A DNA stretch of 64,000 bases, from contig NC_092673.1 of NCBI RefSeq assembly GCF_964355755.1, forward strand, positions 35,833,648 through 35,897,647, written 5' to 3'. The notes beneath the pieces were generated by a model that saw only the letters and a program-made list of their open reading frames with translations, did not search any database and was not told where the DNA came from. The position numbers were made by a program, and so were the translations under genes. Of the stretch, positions 1-16,000 are shown piece after piece. Position 1 is the first letter of the stretch. Each line of letters opens with the position of its first letter. This DNA is from Antedon mediterranea (Eukaryota > Animalia > Echinodermata).

Positions 1-667
1 ATATCACCTCTACCTGGTATACCTCTAAAAGAGCTACCAACACCATCAGTGGTACATCAATGGCGTGTCCACACGTTGCAGGTACGTCACACAATCAATG
101 AAATTAGTAACTCAGACAGCGTCGTACGAGTCCCGACGTCTCATCTCGTCGGAAAAAAAGTTAAACTATGTTTAATGTTCTCCCGACGACCTAAAAATAC
201 TACCCGACGCTAGAAAGACGACAGGTCTCTTCGGGATTCAATTCAGACAGCACCGACGAGTCAAGACGTCGGGCCTCGTCGTACGATTCTGTCTGAGTTG
301 GTCTTAATATTCAGGATCGGATGGGCACTAATATGCTAATTAGGACATACTTATTATACTCAAGCTCACTTACTTAAATGTATATACTTACCCAGAATAA
401 TATAAGTTCTTGTATACACCAAAACACTGCGAATATTGTTATGACGTTGTCCGCCTCCGTTACCGTTCCTTCTTGAAAAACGGATGCATGCAAATTATAC
501 TAACGACAACAATTTTACATTTTCTTGTAGGTGCTGCTGCCCTGCATCTTTCGAACGATAACTCAATGAAGCCTACAGAGGTAGCCGGCAAGATCTATTC
601 AGATGCTACACCTGATCTCATTCTTGATCCTCAAGGCCCTAACAATCTTCTTCTGTACGTTCCATAA
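1..667 (+). CDS. S8A subtilisin-like serine protease (proteinase K/aqualysin-like), paralogue 1, 3' part only: exons <1-81 and 531-667
   Basis: Exon 1-81 reads [26 protein letters not shown](G), with the catalytic-Ser motif GTSMA-PHV. GT donor at 82, AG acceptor at 529-530. Last exon GAAALHLS...NNLLLYVP* with TAA at 665-667; AATAAA at 808-813. The intron is in the same position and phase as in the downstream paralogue. Confidence 0.93.
109..299. mobile_element. Small MITE-like inverted-repeat element in the last intron of subtilase 1
   Basis: Left end AACTCAGACAGCGTCGTACGA..CCCGACGTCT matches the reverse complement of the right end AGACGTCGGG..TCGTACGATTCTGTCTGAGTT. Confidence 0.6.
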
Positions 668-1638
668 ACGCATTTACGTTCCATAAACGCATTGCTCGTT
701 AAACGCATTTCCACGCGTCAGAAATCAATACCGTTGATGAATGGATTGAAATGTCCGTTTATATACCTACATAAATACGCTTTTATTGTGATATTCGAAG
801 TAATGCCAATAAAATAACCGAATTATGAGTATTTGTTTGTGTTCTGTTTTATTTGTTATTACTTACTGTTGTACTATACTACTCACGTCAGCCTGAGCAA
901 CATTACAACATACAACCTTACAATATTATAGAACAACAATATTATAGTAATAAGTTGGAATTATATTTTTCCATAATACCAACAAGTGTTATTATTATCA
1001 TCAATCTATTGAGTATACTATACAACTGAAATAGTTATATCAAGCTTCACAAAAACTACGAAATACAAACAAGTATTCTAACCTAAGCATCATTCGAAAC
1101 TCAATCATCCACAAACTTACTATGGAACTCCCTTAACAATTCTTTATTTGACCCTCGTCACATTTAAATTAAGATACTTAATATCAAAATACAAGCCAGC
1201 TTAGATATATACACCTCCCTCGAATAAACGCACCGAACTCCCCGGGGCGGTTATTCGAATAAATACGGTATTTGGTTTCTTCCAAATACAACGCATATAT
1301 TTTCTACATATCGTGTATTTTGAAATAAGACATTTAAAGCCAAAGTTAACCATCCTTGAAAATGACCATTATAGATAAACTATTGTATTTTGTTCATAAT
1401 ATAATAATAATATCCTGGATTTATATAGCGCCTAATGTTGTGAAACCTCTAAGCGCTGAACATAAACTAATACGATTAAAGGGATTTCAACCACGCCCAA
1501 AAAAACCAAACCAAAGTAAGGGGATACGCCCTCGTCGCTAACCAGGGGTCGGTCTAATTGAACCCCAGTCAGCACTAACCAGGGGTCGGTCTAATTGAAC
1601 CCTGGTCAGCGCCAGTTGTGTCTCGGTCATCCCGGACT

Positions 1639-3090
1639 CAGGCGCCTCCTGCCTTACTACATTAGATCTAAAACAATCGAGGTGGCATGGTAAAGGAGAA
1701 AAAAATGGGATTAATATATGCTTTATTAAATAAGTATGTCTTAAGTCCTTAAAATGGCCCCTATTTTTTACTCAAAACTGATAGGCCTAGTAGCTCCTAT
1801 TATAAACCACGAACGAACGTAATTTGTGTGACAAATCTTACAATATTATGATAAATCAGTCCAATGGTACAATTTATAATAATAGCATATGGTAGCCATA
1901 TTGGATTCCAAGATGGCCGCCATTAAAAACGTATATAATACATTTATATAATAATTTAATCATCAAATTATGGCTGTCATATGCTATTATAATAAATTGT
2001 ACCATTGGACTGATTTATCATAATATTGTAAGAATTGTCACACAAATTACGTTCGTACGTGGTTTAGGGTTGGAAAAATTGAGTAAATGGGAGCCATTTT
2101 GAAATCCAAGATGGCGGCCAAAATAGGGTCGGGAAAAATTGGCCCCTGTAGTTGCAATGAATTCTACTAGTCCCAAGGATTCCAAAACTTCCAATAACTC
2201 AACTTGAGCATTAAATTAAAGTAAATTAAAAAAAGTTCCAATTCAAAAACAACTTATATTATTAGTAAAGCGTTATCGTATGTTACTCACGTCAGTTTGA
2301 GCAATTACAGCAATTATACAACCATACAATATTATAGTACAACAATATAGTAATAATAAGGACGCAGGCGCCTCCTGCCCTACTACATTAGATCTAAAAC
2401 AATCGAGGTGGCATGGTGTAAAGGAGAAAAAAATGGGATTAATATATGCTTTATTAAATAAGTATGTCTTAAGTCCTTAAAATGGCCCCTATTTTTTACT
2501 CAAAACTGATAGGCCTAGTAGCTCCTATTATAAACCACGCACGAACGTAGTTTGTGTGACAAATCTTACAATTATTATGATAAATCAGTCCAATGGTACA
2601 ATTTATAATAATAGCATATGGCAGCCATATTGGATTCCAAGATGGCCGCCATTAAAAACGTAGATAATACATTTATATACGGTAATAATTTAATCATCAA
2701 ATTATGGCTGCCATATGCTATTATTATAAATTGTACCATTGGACTGATTTATCAAAATATTGTAAGAATTGTCACACAAATTACGTTCGTAGGTGATTTA
2801 GGGTTGGAAAAATTGAGTAAATGGGAGCCATTTTGAAATCCAAGATGGCGGCCAAAATAGGGTCGGGAAAAATTGGCCCCCTGCAGTTGCAATGAATTCT
2901 ACTAGTCCCAAGGATTTCAAAACTTCCAATAACTCAACTTGAGCATTAAATTAAAATAAATTAAAAAAAGTTCCAATTCAAAAACAACTTATATTATTAG
3001 TAAAGCGTTATCGTATGTTACTCACGTCAGTTTGAGCAATTACAGCAATTATACAACCATACAATATTATAGTACAACAATATAGTAATA
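1639..3090. repeat. Tandem duplication, ~726-bp unit x2, each unit holding a ~95-bp-arm inverted repeat
   Basis: CAGGCGCCTCCTGCC starts at 1639 and again at 2365, and the downstream sequences are nearly identical. Within unit 1, 1804-1899 is the reverse complement of 1969-2065. CAAGATGGC(G/C)GCC motifs resemble the subterminal repeats at 32.5-33.4 kb. Confidence 0.9.
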
Positions 3091-3682
3091 ATAAGTTGGA
3101 ATTATATTTTACCGTAATATTAATAATAATTATTAATATTATCATCATCAATTCATTGAGTATATCACCAGGTGTTGGTTCACAAAGTTAGTTAACAATG
3201 ACATATATAAATATTTCACAATTAGTTATGTTGTTGTTGTTGGTATCAGTGTGTATATCTTGCCATGTGTTGCTGTATCAGGTAGCTATCGCATTTGTAG
3301 CTTCGATGTTCAAACAATCTATTTACCAAATTGTATCAAGGCATACTGTTCAAATCTTTAGTAGTACATTGTTCTAATTCTTGCACGTAAGCATTTCTTG
3401 TTCGATTCATCATGAGCGACGAGTATTATTATATAATGTAAGTACTCTATACCGAAAATAAAACATAAAAAACATTGTAAAGTCCGCAAGACTGAATCAG
3501 TCGCTCAACCAAGTACGAATATGTTTTACTTATTGCAACAGTTATTACATAGCAAAGCAATCAACTAAATTGCTTTGATTGTATCCTGAACTAAAAATTC
3601 ACCCCAAAGAAACGACAAATTAAAAGTTCTAATCAACGACCACTTGAAACAACTTTCTTTAACTTCAATGGAAGGATGGCGG

Positions 3683-3829
3683 TGGTGATGATGATCTGAT
3701 GATGATGACGACGACGACGATGATGTTGATTTAAATATGATCATGACGATAATGATGACGATGACGATGATGATGATGACGATGATGATGATGACGATGA
3801 TAATGATAACGTCGTTGATGATGATGATG
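3683..3829. repeat. (GAT/GAC)n microsatellite
   Basis: Direct reading of interspersed GAT and GAC triplets. Confidence 0.9.
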
Positions 3830-4399
3830 GATTGCAGCTTAACCGTATTTAAATATAAATAAAATATTTTTCACCAAATACGTTTGTTGAATTGACTTTT
3901 ATAATTATGCTGATTATAAACTATTATATCATCTTCATAACACAGTCACTAAACGAATTCAATCAACGATCAGCTATACGATACAATACGTTTATATACA
4001 CTTCGTTGTCAACCTATCATTTACGTTCTATATATGAGATACGTCTTGTATTGCTAAAAACCAAGATAAATAAAAAGAAGGAAAAACATGAACAAAAGTC
4101 CAGTGAATTTTGAGTTGAAGATATTTAAGTATTGTACATAAATTTGAGTTCCTAAATCTGTTTGTTTTTAGTCAATATATTTGGTGGTAATTCTCGCAGC
4201 TGCTAATTAGTACATACTTATAATTTCTTATCTTATTACGTGACAGCTATCTTGAGTGACGGTCATCAACTGGGTTAAACACAACAATATGTTTGCTTAT
4301 AACATTAATATCAAATATTGCCTGTTATTATAATCTATCATTATGACGTTGATTATAGATTATTTTAATAAGATGCTGATAATGGCATAGTTGAAACAA

Positions 4400-4451
4400 T
4401 ATAAATAATACACATTTTTACCAATTATTCACTTCAAACATTGACACAAAG
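4400..4451 (+). promoter_or_regulatory. Core promoter (TATA + Inr) and short non-coding exon 1 of subtilase paralogue 2
   Basis: TATAAAT at 4400-4406; Inr-like TCACTTC with A at 4431, 31 nt from the TATA T; AAG|GTAAGC donor at 4451/4452; next acceptor TTTCTTTCAG at 4710, just before the ATG at 4718. Confidence 0.7.
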
Positions 4452-4452
4452 G

Positions 4453-4692
4453 TAAGCCAGTACGTTAAGTTTGGTATATTTTATTATTTAGCCTTTAGGT
4501 ATTTGAAGCTAAACCAGTAAGTTAAGTTTGGTATATTTTAGTATTTAGCCTTTAGGTATTAAAAGCCAGTAAGTTAACTTTGGTATATTTTATTATTTAG
4601 CCTTTAGTTATTTGAAGCTAAGCCAGTAAGTTAAGTTTGGTATATTTTATTATTTAGCCTTTAGCTATTTGAAGCTAAGCCAGTAAGTTAAG
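4453..4692. repeat. ~55-bp tandem repeat (x4) filling intron 1 of subtilase 2
   Basis: Repeated AAGCCAGTAAGTTAAGTTTGGTATATTTTATTATTTAGCCTTTAG(G)TATTTGAAGCT. Confidence 0.85.
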
Positions 4693-4717
4693 TATGTTGT
4701 TTTCTTTCAGATTGAAA

Positions 4718-9965
<5,248 letters not shown>

Positions 9966-10552
9966 ATAGTGGATGTGGATACTTAAATGTAAGTGTATTT
10001 TAACGATGAGGTATTTTTTACTTAAGCTCTGTCTACACCATCAGACTAGTTTGATCAAAAATGTGTGATGTGCCCAAGTATGGTAGTGATATGTCATCGT
10101 GTCCATATATTGGTACATCACATTTGTCTCATAAAGTTTGATAGTGTAGGCAGAGAAGATTAGACCTAAACTTTTTAAATTTAGACAAGTGAAATTCAAA
10201 TATTTATTCATTGGTATAAACAGAACAAAACTTGACATGAATTTGTTGTGAAAATAATGATTTCGCTTTCAACACATTTTTATACACCTTTACTTGTTTT
10301 CTTTTAGATTATCGTCAAATTGTTAATGAATAATCAATGAAGCGTGTAACCATTGAGTGGATTATGCCGATTTAAACAAATGATTGAATAAGTCAATAAA
10401 GTTGATAAAGCAAATAAAAAGTAGTTTGTCATTTTGTTCGCTTTCATTATTACGTAAAACTTATTACATTCCAATTTCCTCTAACGAGATCACGTTTAGA
10501 TTGAAATAAAATTGCTATCCAATTAGAACATCCAATGAAATCTCTAGCGGTC

Positions 10553-11480
10553 TAAAGTTTGGTTCCCACTAGGCCGCAACGCAAGGACGTAGACGCAACA
10601 TATCGACGCGAAGTGCCGTCTAAAGCTTTGTTCCCACTAGCGACGCAACGCAAGGACGTAGACGCAACATATCGACGCGAAGTGCCGTCTAAAGCTTTGT
10701 TCCCACTAGCGACGCAACGCAAGGACGTAGACGCAACATATCGACGCGAAGTGCCGTATAAAGTTTGGTTCCCACTAGGCCGCAACGCAAGGACGTAGAC
10801 GCAACATATCGACGCGAAGTGCCGTATAAAGTTTGGTTCCCACTAGGACGCAACGCAAGGACGTAGACGCAACATATCGACGCGAAGTGCCGTATAAAGC
10901 TTTGTTCCCACTAGCGACGCAACGCAAGGACGTAGACGCAACATATCGACGCGAAGTGCGGTCTAAAGCTTGGTTCCCACTAGGCCGCAACGCAAGGACG
11001 TAGACGCAACATATCGACGTAAAGTGCCGTATAAAGCTTGGTTCCCACTAGCGACGCAACGCAAGGACGTAGACGCAACATATCGACGTAAAGTGCCGTA
11101 TAAAGTTTGGTTCCCACTAGCGACGCAACGCAAGGACGTAGACGCAACATATCGACGTAAAGTGCCGTATAAAGCTTGGTTCCCACTAGCGACGCAACGC
11201 AAGGACGTAGACGCAACATATCGACGCGAAGTGCCGTATAAAGCTTGGTTCCCACTAGGCCGCAACGCAAGGACGTAGACGCAACATATCGACGCGAAGT
11301 GCCGTATAAAGTTTGGTTCCCACTAGGCCGCAACGCAAGGACGTAGACGCAACATATCGACGCGAAGTGCCGTATAAAGCTTGGTTCCCACTAGGCCGCA
11401 ACGCAAGGACGTAGACGCAACATATCGACGCGAAGTGCCGTATAAAGCTTGGTTCCCACTAGCGACGCAACGCAAGGACG
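10553..11480. repeat. 68-69-bp GC-rich minisatellite (~14 units) derived from a MITE left end
   Basis: TTCCCACTAG recurs at 10563, 10631, 10700 ... 11453. Unit AAAG(C/T)TTGGTTCCCACTAG..GCAACGCAAGGACGTAGACGCAACATATCGACGCGAAGTGCCGTAT. Confidence 0.95.
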
Positions 11481-11605
11481 TAACGCAAGTAAGTGATTTG
11501 ACCAATCACAAGCGATGGATTATTCGAACAGTGGCTTGTCATTGGTCAACTCGCTTGTGTTGGGCGTAAGTCCTCGCGTTGCGTCTCTAGTGGGAACCAG
11601 GCTTT
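11443..11605. mobile_element. Harbinger-like MITE terminating the satellite
   Basis: TIRs AGCTTGGTTCCCACTAGCGACGCAACGC / GCGTTGCGTCTCTAGTGGGAACCAGGCT. Confidence 0.8.
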
Positions 11606-13090
11606 GTATTATTCAACACCGTTTTCTGCTTTATACGTCGCTTAAATTCAACTTATCGTAAAATGGGAATGCGAGATTTATAAAGAAAATAAAAATCCTT
11701 CTCTGCGTATGAAACAGTTGGCGACTCTTTAAAATCTTTATGTTTCATTTTATCATTTCACATAAACATACTTCATTACAATAAATAACAGGCGAAACAA
11801 AAGTTACAATATGTATATTTTTCATTAAAATTTACATTAAAATTATTGCACTTATTAATTATGTACATGAAAATGAATTACATGCTTATATATGAATATA
11901 AGAGAACCTTTCCAATAAACTCATATCTACAGAATGACTATATATCAAGATCATTGGATTGCAGATTACTAATATGGTATGAAATGGTTTAAAAAGTAGT
12001 ACTAATTATATAAATTACTGTTTAATTGTCCGTCTGTCAAATGACAGTTTCTAACTATAAGGTTTAACTACCGATGACACTGAGGCTTTTAATCAACTTT
12101 CTGTTTAAATTTAAAATTTGGCACTCAACTTCAACAAAAGCTATAAACACTTAAATGTCCAAAAGGTATTTTCACTCCTATTATACAAAGAGGAATAGGC
12201 ATTAAATGATATCAGTTCTGTATTCATCAATTACTAATTTTATACACTTTAAAAATTGAATGGAAAGACAAATATTGAATGAAACTGTACATTTGCACTT
12301 ATACTGAATAAAATGGCGTAATATAACCGGCGGTCTTAGTCTCACTCTAAACTAGGCCTAATTAAGTATGACATTTGTTTTCTCCTCTTAAACAGTTATT
12401 GAAAAAAAAAAGAAATCTTTTTCGCATAGCATATGAAATGACGGAATTTCAACCTAGTTTGAGCCTTGCGGTTGTAGCGCTTTAAAAACATTTATTTTGA
12501 TTTGGCTATACAAAAGAAAATTATTATTATTATTATTAATATGATTATTAATTATTGGTGTGTGTGTCAATGAATTATGTTTGAGGATGATTTTCTCTTG
12601 GTGGTCTAGAGGTATGACACGACAGACTAGTATTACGCAGGTCAAAGGTTGAATCCACGGTACAAAACATCTTACAGTAATTCGTCATAGCAACTTTTAA
12701 AATGGAAGTTATTTACCTACTATATTGTTTGTTTTTACCATTGAACTAAAATCAATTATGTAAAATATTTATCCCTATACAATTACTGACATTGTAAAAC
12801 ATTTTGCTAACTATGTCTCAACATTAAAGATAGTAATGTGTTTTATTGGAAGACCGGTTTTGGCACGAATTTTCTATTAATGAATATTTTTGAATGAACT
12901 ACAGTAATTTCTATTCGTTTTCTTGAATCTTATTTGAATGATAAACTTGAATACAATATCTTGATATTGAATACAATTTTGCACTATGTTCCACGTCCGA
13001 TAAGTGACATACTGTAACTGTAAGCTGGTTCCTCATCTGATAAGTGACATACTGTAACTGTAAATTGGTTTCTCGTCCGATAAGTGAACA

Positions 13091-16000
13091 TTATCCCAGA
13101 CATAAACAATACTTCCGATTTGAATTTCGTTTCAATGTAGCAGCAATTTCGTCACTGATTCCTTCAGAAAAGGACTTCGCAAGTTTATTGACCTTACGTC
13201 GATTATAAATGATAAAGATGACAAATTCAGGATTTATCGGTTTGTCTCTTGCATGCAGACCAGAGCTATGATGTCTGTTTGATGTCGAAGATACAGAAGC
13301 ATGACTAAACATGCTGTAAAGCTCCTCGTCGTCGACGTCAGCAAAACGGTAGAAATGAAATGCATCGTCCGTGAAGACTCTACTTGATGTAGAAGTCTGG
13401 CTAGATGTGCCGCTAAGGTCAGATGTCGGTGACATCAAAGAGGAATGGTGTGGCAATCCTTCTGATTCAGACGATTCTGTTCTTTCACAGAAATTATGAC
13501 TTTCTTTCACGTCTTTCACGTAAGCTCCAAGTTCTTTTTCACAGCCAACCTGTGAGAGGTTCTCAAATGAATCTTGTCTTAAGTAACCAAACTCTAGTTC
13601 ATCTCCTTCATCATTGTCACTTTTAATCGTCTTATCAATATCTTCATTGTCACGTCCTCCTCCAGATTCAATGACGTCATCTGAAATGTACCCTTCATTT
13701 ACGATGCCTTGTTCAACATCTTGTTTCACTAACAAGTCTGTACTGTGACAACTTTCGTTAGTATCACTGTCTGACATAGTATTGCTAAGAGCATCAGATA
13801 TTGATTGGTTACGGAAGAACTCCCTGTGTGGTGTGCTATGGACTGAGATCTCTGGATAAACTTGTGAAGTAGTCAATGCAATGTGGCTATCACTGTTACA
13901 ACTTGTAGGCGTGTCATCTAAAAAAAAAAAGAGTATACATACTGTGTTTATATTGTTTCACAAGCAAATATACAAGAACTTATATTATTTTAAAATTTGA
14001 TACAATATCAGCTTTAGCAAGCCTGTGCTATCTACAATATTCATATTAATTTATATAAGCCTGACTTAAACATAATGAAAAGATCTTTTTTATAAAGTAT
14101 GGTAAATTTATATGTAAAATGGGTCTTAAGATTACAGAAAATACATTCTGAAAGATCTTCAATCCAAAAAACTACAATATTCACATATATTTTCATATAA
14201 GCCTGACCTAAACATAATGAAGATATTACTGTACATAGTATTGTATATTGAATTTGTATGTAAAATGGGTCTTAGGATTACAAAAATACATCTTTGCATA
14301 TTCAATCCAAAAAACTAAAATGAACTTACTATGTTTGCTTCTATTTTGACTAATATTGATTGCTTGGATTACTTTATGGTCAAGTAGCTTCTGACAGACA
14401 CCAAGAGCATCTAAATAAAATAAAAACACAAATATGAAATAGGAAAGCGACTACGTAGCACACTACATGTAGAACTAACAGATATCTAAATTCATTCGTC
14501 TCTTTTTCCATCCGTGCTTTCAATGACAAATACTGTTGAATCACCTTGTAGTTTATAATGTATAGTGTATCTTTATTACAACTCTTTACTTGTTTATATT
14601 TATTTTACTTATACATATTTTGTATGTTATTGTATTTTTATGTGAGCGATTGTGCCTGTCATAAATTTCTGCAAGGACCAAATAAATCTGAATCTAAATT
14701 TTGTGGATTCAAAACAAATAGTACTAAAGTATTTTGTTTACTTCAAAAAAAGATATTCATCTTACCTTCAGATGCAGTGTTATTTTGGATCCAGTGTAGT
14801 AACTGATGTCCACTGAAACACTTCCGAATGGCATGCAGATCACGGTACATGCAGTGAAGTACATCTGCTGAAGGTAGCTGCACATTGTTTCCATTGCACG
14901 TGCTCAGACTAGAAGAATCGTCGCTGCTATTCATCTTCTAAATAACACAATTGCGCGATTCACACAAAAGAAAAATAAAAAGGCCTAATTGTGAATTCGC
15001 TTCCGATCTTAAATCAATGAATTTCCAATCACAACATAATTAATAATTTAAGAGTAGTGAACAGTCATAATAAAATAACCTGTATCTGTATTAAAAAGAT
15101 TTAAAGCCAGCGAAATGTTTCATAGAGGTAACCGAAATTGAATATTTGCTACACTGTCTTCACTGGAATTGAGTAGAGGTAACCGAAATTGAATATTTGC
15201 TACACTGTCTTCACTGGAATTGAGTAGAGGTAACCGAAATTGAATATTTGCTACACTGTCTTCACTGGAATTGAGTAGAGGTAACCGAAATTGAATATTT
15301 GCTACACTGTCTTCACTGGAATTGAGTACTATTTGCGAGGTGTTGCTTTAATCACATGGTACTAGTAAGTAAACTAAGGAATTTCATTCCAAATCATTTA
15401 AAAACAGATACAAACAATTAAAGATACTAGTATCACTGCTCTCTGTAATGAATTTTATCAAGAAATCTATGGCACGGAAGACATTTTCATTAAATGTGGT
15501 AAGTTTGTATCCATTTGTGTAACGATACTTGGGACTTGTCAAAATGAATGTGGTAAGTTTGTATCCATTTGTGTAACGATACTTGGGACTTGTCAAAATA
15601 CTGTAGATGGGTTTCTAATTTTACTTTAAATGCTCTGTAAATTAATAATTGTCTAACCTGTGAAAGGAGTTGTTTATAAAGACAAATTAGCTGCCTTGTG
15701 TCCATTGAATGAAGTTGCAACAAATACATTGTGTGTTCCTAAAAAAGACAACAGAATTTCTATGTTTTTCCTAAAACAAATGATAATAAATGATACTTGA
15801 CTTGACTTGACTTGACAAGTACAGACATTATGAATACAGTTGTATTTTGATTAACTACCATTTCATTTTATTGAAGAAAAAAAATCGCATCCAAAGGCTG
15901 AATTACATGAGAGAACTTACAAATATAAAAACATTTAAATCAGGCATAAAACAGTATAATTATAAAAAATTTCATGTAAAAATCACAAGAAGAAATAAAA

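Noticed and set aside
10552-11569. Overlapping repetitive ORFs (MRPSGNQ.../MVPTRPQ...)
   Set aside because: Translation artefacts of the 68-69-bp satellite; the frames break wherever unit length changes.
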